A stretch of 33,463 bases of DNA. Origin: Octopus sinensis (lineage: Eukaryota). Position 1 is the stretch's first letter. Each line of letters starts with the position of its first letter. The DNA lies in contig NW_021833415.1 in NCBI RefSeq assembly GCF_006345805.1, positions 1-33,463 on the forward strand. Direction: 5' to 3'. The notes below the pieces were generated by a model, which saw only the letters and a program-made list of their open reading frames with translations, was not told the origin of the DNA and did no database searches. A program made the position numbers and the translations under genes. Positions 1 to 11,489 of the stretch are shown in pieces.

Positions 1-239
1 ACGCGATAATGCACAAATGCGTTAATATAGTTAGACATTGATAAATAATGATGGAACCAGAGTCTTTGCAGTCATAGTTGGAATCATTTTCGGTACAAGC
101 CAACATGTGCAACGCAGGTACGCAATGTGAACTGAATAACACGTATACACAAGATGTAAGAGGGTGCGCCGAAGACATTCTACGAGATGCGGGAAATACC
201 TGCTAAATACCACTTGTAATTAATAGAATAAAAATGTGC

Positions 240-270
<31 letters not shown>

Positions 271-311
271 TATATATGCGCACACACAGACATATATTGT
301 GTGTATGTATG

Positions 312-357
<46 letters not shown>

Positions 358-575
358 CTTACATACAAACATACATCATCATGTATGCATATGTATGTAT
401 GTACGCACGCATGCTTGTATGTATGTATGTATGTAATATATATATATATATATTATATATATATATCACCTAGTTATCCGGATGTTTTGCGTTCTTGTCC
501 CATTTGGTATTTTATATATATATATATATATATATAGATATATATATATATATAGCGGCGTACGTAAACTTTGTC

Positions 576-611
<36 letters not shown>

Positions 612-1495
612 TATATTATATACAAATACATGTGTATGTGTGTTTCTGTGTGCGTGTGTGTGTGTTTGTATGTTTGTTTGTTTGTGTGTGTGAGCGTGTA
701 TGCGCGCGTGCGTGTGTGTTTATAGCTATAAATCTACATTTATTCATATATATAAACAACAGCACTAACCCGCATGTATACACATATATACAGGGTGCGC
801 TGCAATTAACTTTCTGTGAATCAATTATAGATAGGTAATTCATAGATAGTTAATTATTGGACACCTTCTATAGATGAATACAGTATTCTCAGTCAAACAA
901 ACATAGGTACATATGCATTAATCCATATATATATAAAAATGAATAAAATATATATGATTTGAAAATATAATGTTTGTATCCATGTGTGTGTGTATGTGAG
1001 TGTGAGTGTGTGTGTGTGAGTGTGTGTGAATGTGTGTGTGAGCGCACGCGCTTGTATATGTATATATGTATGCATACATCTATATATATATATGCATGTA
1101 TGCATATATATATATATGTATGTAGTATATGTACACAGACACACACATACATACGCATATATATGTGTGTATCTATATATATATGTGTGTATGTGTGTGT
1201 ATTTATATATATATTTACGTATATACAATATTTTTTTTTCGCATAGGCATAGCGATATTAATAATCTGGTGTCAGAACTCAATATATATATATGTTTCAT
1301 AGTATGGCGTTAGCTGTGTGTAGATCGTGATAAGAAATTAAATAAGAGATATCGGAGCAAATTTCAGTGCATTACATCAGATAGCAGAAACAGCTGTCAG
1401 CTAATGAACTTCGTACACGACTTTCTACTTCCTTGCAATTTAATAATACACAAACACATACACACACATACACACACACACTTATATAAGTATAT

Positions 1496-1845
<350 letters not shown>

Positions 1846-2152
1846 TATATACAGAGGAAGAGAGTGAGAGAGGAAGAGAGAAGAGGAGAGATGAGAGTGA
1901 GAAAGTGATAGACTGAGAGGGAGTGTGAGTGAATGTGTGTGTGTGCATGTGTGTAAGAGAGAGAGAGAGCGAGAGAGTGGGGTAGAGACAAAGAGAAAGT
2001 GGTATATTTTGCATAGTGCATTGTCTGATATAGACAAAGGTATATCTATCTATGGACCCTTGTCACTCATACTCTTTCTACCTCTCTACCTTTCTCTTTT
2101 TTCTCTCTCACACACATAAGCATACATACATCCATACACACGTCCGCTCGCA

Positions 2153-2191
<39 letters not shown>

Positions 2192-2359
2192 ACACACACA
2201 CACACAAGCAAACGTATATATTAAAATTTTGCTGAGAAGAATCACAAAATAAACCATGGAAAGATCACAAAATACATGTACATGGAGCAAAGAGAACACG
2301 CAAAAAAATATATATAAAATAAAATACATGGAAACGTCCATGTGTAACTATGCACGTGC

Positions 2360-2627
2360 GGGTACTACTTAAGAAGAGTGGTCCCGGTGCGCGCATTCGC
2401 GTACTCACGCATCCGCGCTAGCTAGTCGTGACCAGTCGATCCTACAACGACTACCTAGCAAAGTAAATAAAACACTAAATAAATAATTTTTTACACAAAA
2501 TAAATAATTTTTTTAAAACGAAATAAAACAAAAACACAAAGTAAGGATAGACTAGTCACGACAAGCTAGCGCGGATGCTCGAGTACGCGAGTGCGCGCAC
2601 CGGGACCACTCTTCTTAAGTAGTACCC
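2360..2627. mobile_element. MITE (non-autonomous DNA transposon) with ~86 bp GC-rich terminal inverted repeats
   Basis: Arm 2360-2445 (GGGTACTACTTAAGAAGAGTGGTCCCGGTGCGCGC...) is a near-perfect reverse complement of 2541-2627, around an AT-rich spacer. Flanks ACGTGC / GCGTGC form a 5/6 match, a candidate 6-bp TSD. Confidence 0.8.
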
Positions 2628-2904
2628 GCGTGCGTACGTTTGTGTGTATGAACTTACTGATTCATACACACATGCACATACACACACACATCATCCATAG
2701 ATAAATCTACACACATGTAGTCAGACATATAATCTCAAGCATTATATTCATGTAAGCAATATACATATAGGCACAAGCGTGACAGTGTGGTAAGAAGCTT
2801 ACATCTTAACCACATGGTTCCGAGTTCAGTCCTACTGCGTGGCACCTTGGGCAAATGTGTTCTATGGCCGCGGGCCGACCAAATCCTTGTGAGTGGATTT
2901 GGTA

Positions 2905-3049
2905 CCTTGTTTTTTTCTGTGTATCTTTCTGTGGAAGAACGTAGGCTCGAAACGTAAAAGACTTTTTCTATTCCTGAGCGTTATACTAATACATCTGTTT
3001 GTTTGTACTCCACCTGCTTTCGTCTTTTGTTTATTTTCGTAAACTTTCC

Positions 3050-3052
<3 letters not shown>
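2905..3052 (+). mobile_element. Hammerhead-bearing short repeat (pLTR-like) inserted in SINE A
   Basis: Not part of the intact SINE copies. Closely matches 18410-18559 and ends at the SINE's (TA)n. Confidence 0.75.
2924..2961 (+). ncRNA. Minimal type I hammerhead-like motif (A6U core variant, stem II mismatch)
   Basis: UCUUU-CUGUGGA-A-GAAC-GUAG-GCUC-GAAA-C-GUA-AAAGA. Stem I UCUUU/AAAGA is perfect, with GAAA and a GUA triplet. Confidence 0.55.
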
Positions 3053-3131
<79 letters not shown>

Positions 3132-3139
3132 ATATGTAA

Positions 3140-3181
<42 letters not shown>

Positions 3182-3694
3182 CTTTGTGTCTGTGTTTGTC
3201 TCTCACCATCGGTTGATAACTGATGTTGGTTTGTTTACGTCCCCGTAACATAGCGGTTCGGTCTAAGAGACGAATAGAACAAGTACTTCGACTAAAACAC
3301 TCTTCAAGGCGCTGCTCCACCATGGCCGCAGTCACATGACTGAAACAAATAAAAGAATAAAATAATATGCTGTTACACCCATATCTGTATTCCTACATAC
3401 ATTCACACACACACACACGCACACACACACACAAACACACACACACATATAGACACACACACATGCATACACGCTCTTCGCACATGATCGCGCATGCATA
3501 GTAAGACTGCGCACAAAGAATCCATTGGGTATATCATGGCGTGTATATGTTATATAGACTGTTCGTCGTATACGCATATACGCTCCATGCTTCTCGCACG
3601 TGTTTGAGTACACACACATATATAATATATACCTATATATATATACATATATATATATGTATATATACATATATAATATATGTATATATATATG

Positions 3695-3768
<74 letters not shown>

Positions 3769-4160
3769 TACACACATGTATTCGAATGTATACGTCACTG
3801 TGTGAATGTTTATTCTCATTTCACACTTTACGTGTGTGTGTGTGGTGTGTGTGTGTGTGTGTGTGTGTGTACGGGCGTACTTGAATGCGTGTGTGCATGC
3901 GTTTGTGTGTGTGGACCTGTCTGCGAGCACGTGTTACCACGCACACCGTGACTAACATGCTGAAGATAATTGAGAATTGTCAAACCTTCCGATGGCCAGC
4001 CAATCCCGTGTCTCCAAGAGAAAATTAGAACCAACTTAGGAGGAATATTTAACGAAGTGTCTTACTCATGCGGTCCATCCATTTATTCTTTCTCAAACAC
4101 CACCACTACCACCACCACCACCACCACAATCAACACTACGGCAGCCATCTTGACATCCAT

Positions 4161-4219
<59 letters not shown>

Positions 4220-5223
4220 CTTTATCTGTCTGTCTGTCTGTCTATCTGTCTATCTGTCTATCTGGCCACAGAACCACCACCACACACACACACAGACACG
4301 CACACACACACAGACACGCACACACACACAGACACGCACACACACACACAGACACGCACACACAGACACGCACACACACACAGACACGCACACACACACA
4401 TAAATATATAAATGAAATTCATGTGTGTGTGTCTGTATGAATGTATGTATGTATGTGTGTGTGTATTTATGTGTGTATGTATGAATGGAGTATCAGTTTG
4501 ATAACAAGTTAAGTTGATACTTCTAAGTCACTGTTTCCTTTTAAACAATAAATAAATACGCTACTCTACCGAAACCAATAACCTTTACTTCGAAGTTGCA
4601 TAGCGCTATCTTTAATTCTTTAATTTATACACCACCTTATATAAATTAAAGAATTGAAAGGTAATGCTGTTCATCTTCGTAGTAATCCTTATTATTAATA
4701 TTGTTAATATTCATACTCCAGGAAACCTATAAGGTTAAGGAAATTCAGAATTATCCAACGGAATATTTCTATAATTTCTTATAAGAATTATAAGATTGGA
4801 TTTATATGTTAACTGTTGACTAGCGTATTTTGAATACCTGAGAGCAAACCGGTAATCGCTTTGAGATAATCCCTTACTCTTTACATACATACATACATAT
4901 ATATTATATTATATTATATTATATTATGTTATGTTATATTATATTATATATTATATCATATTATATTATATTATATTATATTATATTCTTTTACTCATCT
5001 ATTAGTTTCAGTTCGAAAGTTGTGACCATTATATTAAAGTATTATATATTTGGACCTCGACCTGAATTTCAATAGCAGGAAAAAGGTATTGAACCAGCGG
5101 TTAAAACCGTCAGAATATATCGAAATGACTCGAAAATTCGGGAAGACGTCATCACATACAATTTCTGCTTGTGTAAACATCGTTAACCAAGAAAAGATAC
5201 TTGGTATAGAGTCTTATGTCAGA

Positions 5224-5347
5224 ACCACATAGTTCCGGGTTCAGTTCCACTGCATGGCACCTTGGGCAAGTGTCTTCCACTATGGCCTCGGGCCGACCAA
5301 AGCCTTGTGAGTGGATTTGGCAGGCGGAAACTGAAAGAAGCCTGTCG

Positions 5348-5404
<57 letters not shown>

Positions 5405-5665
5405 GTGTATGTGTGTGTGTATGTATGTATGTGTGTGTATATGTTTTTGTGTCTGTGTTGTCTCCCCCAACATCGCTTGACAACCGATGTTGGTGTGTTT
5501 ACGTCCCTGTAACTTAGCGGTTAGGCAAAAGAGACCGATAGAATAAATACTAGACTTACAAAGAATAAGTCCTGGGGGGGGGGGCAATTTGCTCGACTAA
5601 AGGCGGTGCTCCAGCATGGCCACAGTCAAATGACTGAAACAGGGAAAAGAGTAAAAGAGTAAAAG
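5224..5665 (+). mobile_element. SINE family A (slightly 5'-truncated)
   Basis: CCGGGTTCAGTTCCACTGC...GGGCCGACCAAAGCCTTGTGAGTGGATTTGG...(TA)n...GGCGGTGCTCCAGCATGGCCACAGTCAAATGACTGAAAC, then an AAAAGAGT tail. Confidence 0.9.
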
Positions 5666-6188
5666 AACAGAGTAAAGTAAAATAAATACATGAGTAAAGA
5701 AATTGTTGAGGTCATAAGAATTTTAATCTTTCGGTTGTAGGCTCAGAACAAAATTATACTTTAACTGGCCCCGCACCGTTCCACCTTATCTCGAAGGGAA
5801 TCAATAAAGATAAAAATACTTCATTATATTCAAACACTACCTTGAAAAATTTTCTCCAAGGAATACTAAATACCAGGATACATTCCATTTAAACAACAAC
5901 TGCAGGATAGAGTTGGGTATATGTCCCAAATTATGACTTAAAAGACTTATGTAAAATGATGTTCTGAAGTGATACATAGTCTGAGCCAATAATGGCCAAA
6001 ATCTACTTAAGCCATTGCTTGCCATGAGCCCCATTTGGAGATCTGCTAAAAGCAGTCTCACTGCCGGTTGTTCGTTGTATTTAAAGTGAATAGCTTATGT
6101 ACATTGCATTTGCAAGGTTGCGTTTAACAATATTTAGTAGTTTAAGTTGGGACACCGTCTTCGAGAACTTTTTAGTAGAATGAATCTA

Positions 6189-6459
6189 CCCCAGTAGTAC
6201 TTATTCTAGCATTCTCTTTTGAGGAAATGCTTAGTAAACACACCAGCAACGGTTGTCAAGCGGTGGTAGAAGACAAACACGGACACGAGGAGACACACAC
6301 ACATTCATAACGGGCTACTTTCAGTTTCTGTTTACCAAATCCACTCACTGGGTTTTGGTCGGTCCGAGGATATAGTAGAAAACACTTGCCCGGTGAGACT
6401 GAGCCTGGAACCGTGTGATTGGAAAGCAAGTTTCATACCACACAGCTACACCTGCGCCT
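6189..6459 (-). mobile_element. SINE family A, degenerate
   Basis: Reverse complement of head and body (CCAAATCCACTCAC, TTGGTCGG, ACCACACAGC...CCTGCGCCT). Confidence 0.8.
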
Positions 6460-6505
6460 ATATATATATATACATACATTCATACATACATATCTATCCA
6501 TCTGT

Positions 6506-6590
<85 letters not shown>

Positions 6591-6657
6591 AATCAATCTC
6601 TGTCTCTCTCTCTCTCTTTTCTCTCTTCTCTCTTTCTATATATATATAATAATATAT

Positions 6658-6690
<33 letters not shown>

Positions 6691-6734
6691 TATATAGATA
6701 TATTATACATATATATATATATATTTATAAATAA

Positions 6735-6950
6735 GGATAATATCGATATTATCAAGTGGCCAGCATGGGAAAAATACCATACAATGGTAATATTTTTTAC
6801 AACTAAAAATAAGGGTGTCTGAGAGACACCACCATGCCGAAATAGCAGTCAAAACCCTGACTCTAAAAGCCACGTTAAATGTTCATATCGCACCATGAGA
6901 CAGACAGAGGGACAAAATAGACTAGCATAAAAATATTATTGAATAATTCA
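6735..6950 (+). mobile_element. Unique-looking island between (TA)n tracts with a decayed hammerhead-like motif (probable solo pLTR)
   Basis: 6812-6858 reads AGGGUGU-CUGA-GA-GAC-ACCACCAU-GCC-GAAA-U-AGCA-GUC-AAAACCCU. The core lacks N7, stems I and II are partly paired, and the 3' end abuts (TA)n. Confidence 0.45.
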
Positions 6951-7014
6951 ATATATATATATATATATATATATATGTATTTATCTTTGTTTAGATACAT
7001 GTATGTATATATAC

Positions 7015-7510
7015 ATTACTCCATCCATTCATCCGTCCGTCCATCCATCCATCCATCCATTCATCCAACCATCCATCCATCCATCCCTCCATCCATCCAT
7101 CCATTCATCCATCCATCTATCCATCAGTGTAAACATTCGGACAGCCATCGTTCCAAAACATCCATGTTTCCCTCAATAAATCCATTAACGCTTTCATTGA
7201 TCCACCTATCCACCTATCCACCCATACCCATATTTATCTAATCATCCAGCTAATCCCATCCGTAAATCTATTTATTCCTCCATATGCCTAACTCTTTCTT
7301 TATTTACCCATCCATCATTGAATCTACCCTACCCTTAATGCTACCTACCTTTCCATCCAGTCCACCCATCAGTCCACCCACCCATCCATCCATCCAACCA
7401 TACATACATGTGTAATATGTCTGCCTGTCCAAAGATCCAATTATCCAGACATCCATCATCCATGCGATCAGACAAACATCCAGACACCCTCAACCAACCA
7501 ATCAACCATA
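7015..7510. repeat. Degenerate (CCAT)n tetranucleotide tract
   Basis: CCAT/CCAC/CCGT repeats with strong strand asymmetry. Confidence 0.85.
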
Positions 7511-7668
7511 CATCCTTATGTTCGCCTTTCCTGTCAAACGTCCGTCCATATATGATCATGTACATATGTTTTCAAGCCCCGTATGTGATCTTGTATATAC
7601 GTTTTCCAACCCCGTTATGAGTACGCTTGTCGGTCTACCCAAATTTCGTAGTTGCCTAAATCCCATCA

Positions 7669-7703
<35 letters not shown>

Positions 7704-7737
7704 GTCTTTCTGTTGTCTATCTATCTATCTGTCTGTC

Positions 7738-7793
<56 letters not shown>

Positions 7794-7819
7794 TTTTTTT
7801 TGTTCTTTTCTTCCCTTTT

Positions 7820-7958
7820 ACGATCCCTCTTGATCGAAAACCTACGCCACCCTTTTTTTTGTTTCTTTTGTTTTTTGTTTTTTTCATCCCCCAAAAGAAA
7901 AGCTCTACCTTGTAACTTGTCCCATCTGTGTGCAGCCCTGTGTGACCGGCCAATAAAG
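7820..7958 (+). mobile_element. 3' end of a dispersed repeat (probable non-LTR retrotransposon 3' UTR with AATAAA)
   Basis: ACGATCCCTCTTGATCGAAAACCTAC...CCCCAAAAGAAAAGCTCTAC...GCAGCCCTGTGTG...AATAAAG followed by a (TCTA)n tail. A second copy lies in the opposite orientation at 9153-9380. Confidence 0.7.
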
Positions 7959-8006
<48 letters not shown>

Positions 8007-8103
8007 AACCTACCTCTCTATCTATCAACCGAGTGATCGATCAATCCACTCATTGCTCTAGCTATACACATATACACACGTATATATGCGTGCGTATAAA
8101 TCG

Positions 8104-8533
8104 AAGGCATGACTGTGTGATAAGACGCTTGCTTCCCAGCCACATGGTTCTGGGTTCAGTCCCACTGAGTGGTACCTTAATCAAGAATCTTCTTCTATAA
8201 TCTTGAGCTGACCAAAGCCTTGTAAATGGATTTGGTAGATGGGAACAGAAAGAAACCCTCACATATATACATATGTGTGTGTGTGTGCACACGTTTGTGT
8301 GTGTGTGTGTGTGTCTGTCTGTCTATGTTTGTCCCCCAGCCATCGCTAGACAGCCGATGCTGGTGTGTTTATTTCTTCCTAAGTTAGCGGTTCGGCAAAA
8401 GAGACCAACAGAATAAGTACTAAGCTTACAAAGAATAAGTCTTGGGGGTCGATTTGTAGACTAAAACCTTTTAAGGCGGGCCTCCAGCATGGCCGCAGTC
8501 AAATGACTGAAACAATTAAAAGAATAAAAGAAT
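8104..8533 (+). mobile_element. SINE family A, near full length
   Basis: Head GACTGTGTGATAAG...GGGTTCAGTCCCACTG, body and AAAAGAAT tail. Confidence 0.9.
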
Positions 8534-8561
8534 ATACACTCGCGCATGCGCACATATATAA

Positions 8562-8711
8562 TTTCTAATCGGCATAAGTCACAGAGTAAGTCGAGGTCCG
8601 AGAGTTTCCAACACGTAACAAACTACATCAAAATTTTTCCAGAAGTTTCATGCGTGCTATGAACGAAACTCTGGGCCCTTGAGTTTCTTTGTAACTTCTG
8701 CCGATTAAAAA
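8562..8711. mobile_element. Degenerate 150-bp foldback / MITE
   Basis: 8562-8608 versus the reverse complement of 8665-8711 gives about 38/47 identities by hand alignment. Confidence 0.55.
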
Positions 8712-8830
8712 CGTAACATACTTTTGGCTAGTTCAAGTATGCCTGTGTCAAATTTATATCTTCTAATAGCAATTTCACTGTTTTTATCTCGTTTCTAGCT
8801 GAATATGTAGATTCACCATTATCAGCTCAG

Positions 8831-8846
8831 TAGCGCCCTCTATTGG
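8831..8846 (-). promoter_or_regulatory. Candidate CTCF-binding motif
   Basis: Minus strand CCAATAGAGGGCGCTA versus the CTCF core consensus CCAC[CT]AG[AG][GT]GGCGCTA, with one mismatch. Motif match only. Confidence 0.35.
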
Positions 8847-9152
8847 ACCGCTAGATACATTTCTGGCTCACTCATGCTCCGATTCTATTTCTGTTGCTTG
8901 TACTATTAAACCTCTGTGTGTGTATGTGTGCGTGTGTGTGTGTATTTTGGAGAGGGGAATGATGACTTCCCTTTGCAAACACTGATAGGGCACATATACT
9001 GTGTCAATAGCCAGGTGGAGGAGATGTCTTCCTGGGGTGACAAGCTACAATAGCATCCACCCTTAAGGGTTAGCCACATTTAGGTGGCATATATACTTCA
9101 CAATGTCGTACGGCTACTGTTTATAACTCGCTAGAATATATATATATATATA

Positions 9153-9380
9153 CGCTTTTTTATTAGCCACACAGGGCTGCTGCACACAGACGGGAGAGAT
9201 TACAAAGTAGAGCTTTTCTTTTTGGGGAGAAAAAAAAGGGTGGGGTAGGTTTTCGATCAATAGGGATCGTGTATCACAGAGATGTCATGATGTAAAGTGT
9301 AAAGGGGGAAGCAGATAAGGTTTATCCGTGGAGAGAAAAGCCTACGGAAAAGACCACGGTAACCTCGGTCAATAATGTTA
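9153..9380 (-). mobile_element. Longer copy of the same dispersed-repeat 3' end as 7820-7958
   Basis: Reverse complement shares ACGATCCCTATTGATCGAAAACCTAC...AAAGAAAAGCTCTAC...GCAGCCCTGTGTGGCTAATAAA and ends at (TA)n. Confidence 0.7.
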
Positions 9381-9385
9381 CATTG

Positions 9386-9440
9386 TTGGCACTCCATCGG
9401 TTACGACGACGAGGGTTCCAGTAGATTCGACCAACGGACA

Positions 9441-9451
<11 letters not shown>
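9386..9451 (-). mobile_element. SINE family C 3' fragment
   Basis: GCACTCCATCGGTTACGACGACGAGGGTTCCAGT resembles 23445-23480 (GCACTCCGCCAGTTAGGACAACGAGGGTTTCAGT). Confidence 0.6.
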
Positions 9452-9490
<39 letters not shown>

Positions 9491-9546
9491 TATTATTGGT
9501 GAATTGAAGAAATGGAGCTGAACGCAGATTGAAAGAAATCGTTTTA

Positions 9547-9640
9547 TATTTCATTCTACACGTGTTTCGAAAGGCACAAATTACCAAAATCCGATTGAAT
9601 AATGGGACCATATTGTGTCTTTCTCTTCAGGAAGAAAATA
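9547..9640 (-). ncRNA. Type I hammerhead ribozyme with canonical core, in the 3' region of the Penelope-like element
   Basis: Minus strand: stem I UAUUUUCUUC (9640-9631) / GAAUGAAAUA (9556-9547); core CUGAAGA (9630-9624); stem II GAAAGACACAA / UUGUGCCUUUC (10 of 11 paired); GAAA (9568-9565); stem III A-C-[ACGU]-G-U inside the palindrome CACGUG; GUA cleavage triplet (9559-9557). Confidence 0.85.
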
Positions 9641-10229
9641 GGAACCGCGTTGGAAAAACAAAACAGACAGAGGCGGAGCAAAAACAAATCGAACTATGCT
9701 CCTAAGAGCCCATGGCGAAACTGTTTATCAGTGTATGTTGAGAACCGGTGCTGAAGAATTCAACGGGTCAGGCATCGGTCAATCATGTGGGTGAGGGTGT
9801 GTAGATGTTCTTTGTGACCGAGAATAAAGTTCTGACTATTTAAGGAATATTGGATGTTTTATAAGGGGCGAGAAAAAATCTACTTAAGACGTGTGTGTGT
9901 GTATCCTGTTTCTATATATGTGTTTGTTGGCGTAGGGGTAGAAAACATTTTTTGTGTACGTGTGTGCGTTTGATCGTTCGGCTGTCAGTGGCTACTGCCG
10001 TGAGAACCGTTGGGTGGCAGAAAAAAAATATATATATATTATGTTTTATGTGTGTGTGTGTTCATCTAAGCCTGCCTTGTCAAGGAAACCCCCCGCTGTG
10101 AAAAAACCAAGCCCCGTTTGTCTTACAGGAGTAATTCCCCTTGCAATGGTTAATCGTAGATATCTTAAGGCTATTTCAGAATTTTTACCAAGGGCTATGG
10201 GTGCCGGTATTATTTATAAACGCTATTTA

Positions 10230-10600
10230 AAAGCCAGATAAGTGTAACCCGCCAATGGGGGCATCGAAAAGCCGACTGTAAAGCCCGTTTACCATCCGGC
10301 CTCTGGCAAACAAAATATGGAAGAGTTCGGAGACACAAAGGTTGCACTGCCTTCTGCCCCTATCAAATGGGAGGGCCACCGACAAAATTGACACCATTCC
10401 AGCCTGTAGCTTAAGTTCGTATCCTTCAGTCGCCATATTAGCTTACTGAGTCCCGTGGTCTGGCGCTTGTTCATGTCCCGAAAAGTGCGTAATGGTTGGA
10501 GACACGCAAAGACAATCTTGAGGATGAGGCCCCTACATAAGTGAAGACATCTGAGTCCGTGTAAACCTTGCATTGGTAGACGGCGTTTTTGATCTTGGAG
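10230..10600 (-). pseudogene. GIY-YIG endonuclease domain of the Penelope-like element (frameshifted)
   Basis: VYQCKV..TYVGAS..RLSLRVSNH, TTGLSKLIWRLKD...Y.LEW and ILSVALPFDRGRRQCNLC, split across three listed ORFs. Confidence 0.85.
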
Positions 10601-11489
10601 TTCGCCGACGTGAATCTTATTCTGCTAGGATTAGTTTCTGAAATTAGAACTGCGTTCCTGTCACTATATTCGTTCCGAGACCTGCAGCCGCTTACTACTC
10701 TATTTTCCACTACGTCACTATAACTATAGGAAAACCCCTGATTCTCCACTATCTATCAGAGTGCTGTCATTGCTACTGCCCGTGGTGCTGCTATTGCGGG
10801 AAATGATGCTGGGGATGCTATTGGGGCTCTCTACCCTACTCCCATTGTTACCGTCAACCCCAACACCCCTATTATAAACTATACCCCTAGTGGGTACTCC
10901 CTGGCTGGAGCTGAGATTATGTGTCACTGTACTGGCTCTCATATCATTATTACTACTATAATTATTCCTACTGAGCATTTAAACGGGAGCGGAAGAGGCT
11001 GTGCCTCCGGAAAAAGGTGATAGGGTCTTAGTAAATAGCCTATTATTATGGGAGGCGATTATCTGGGCGAGGTTTTTAGTGTTGGAGAAAGCTATCCTAA
11101 CTTTATGCGAGTTAACCGTGGAGTAATATTGAATTTCTGGGGAAGTTATTGGCGATGGCTTGTCTAAACATGAGGGGGAGGTTAGTTCTAATCTGCTTAC
11201 CAAAGGGGATTACAAACCATATATGCTTATTCCTATCAGTGTGGATGGGTCGGGACGCCAGCTCTCGCATTCGGGTGGGTGATTCTCGGATGAATAACGG
11301 GTCTTGGGTTAGTGTAAGACCTCCCGGACCGATAATTATCCTTGTTCGCTAAATTAAATGCGGGAGCGACTACCCCGGCATCCGCCGCGCTCCCGTCCTT
11401 ACTTAAAATGTTAATGTTATTATATACGGCCCTATCCTGATGACCGAATGATGGCATCGGAAGGGCCGGATCAAATAAATTACCTTCTG

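Larger units (their letters stand above)
2769..3363 (+). mobile_element. tRNA-derived SINE family A, interrupted by a hammerhead-bearing insert
   Basis: Head with A/B-box-like motifs, GGCACCTTGGGCAA, GGGCCGACCAAA, central TA/TG tract, and 3' GGCCGCAGTCACATGACTGAAACAAATAAAAGAATAAAA tail. Homologous to the intact copies at 16066 and 32838. Confidence 0.9.

Noticed and set aside
31-213. 60-aa ORF, and similarly 3970-4100, 5050-5232, 5837-6061 and 25566-25775 in unique-looking DNA
   Set aside because: No recognisable domain and no convincing paired splice sites. They cannot be supported without RNA or homology data.
11427-11468. Plus-strand CTGATGA-CCGA...TCGG-AAGGGCCG resembling a hammerhead
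   Set aside because: No GAAA after stem II and no room for stem I. It is antisense within the Penelope coding region and probably chance.
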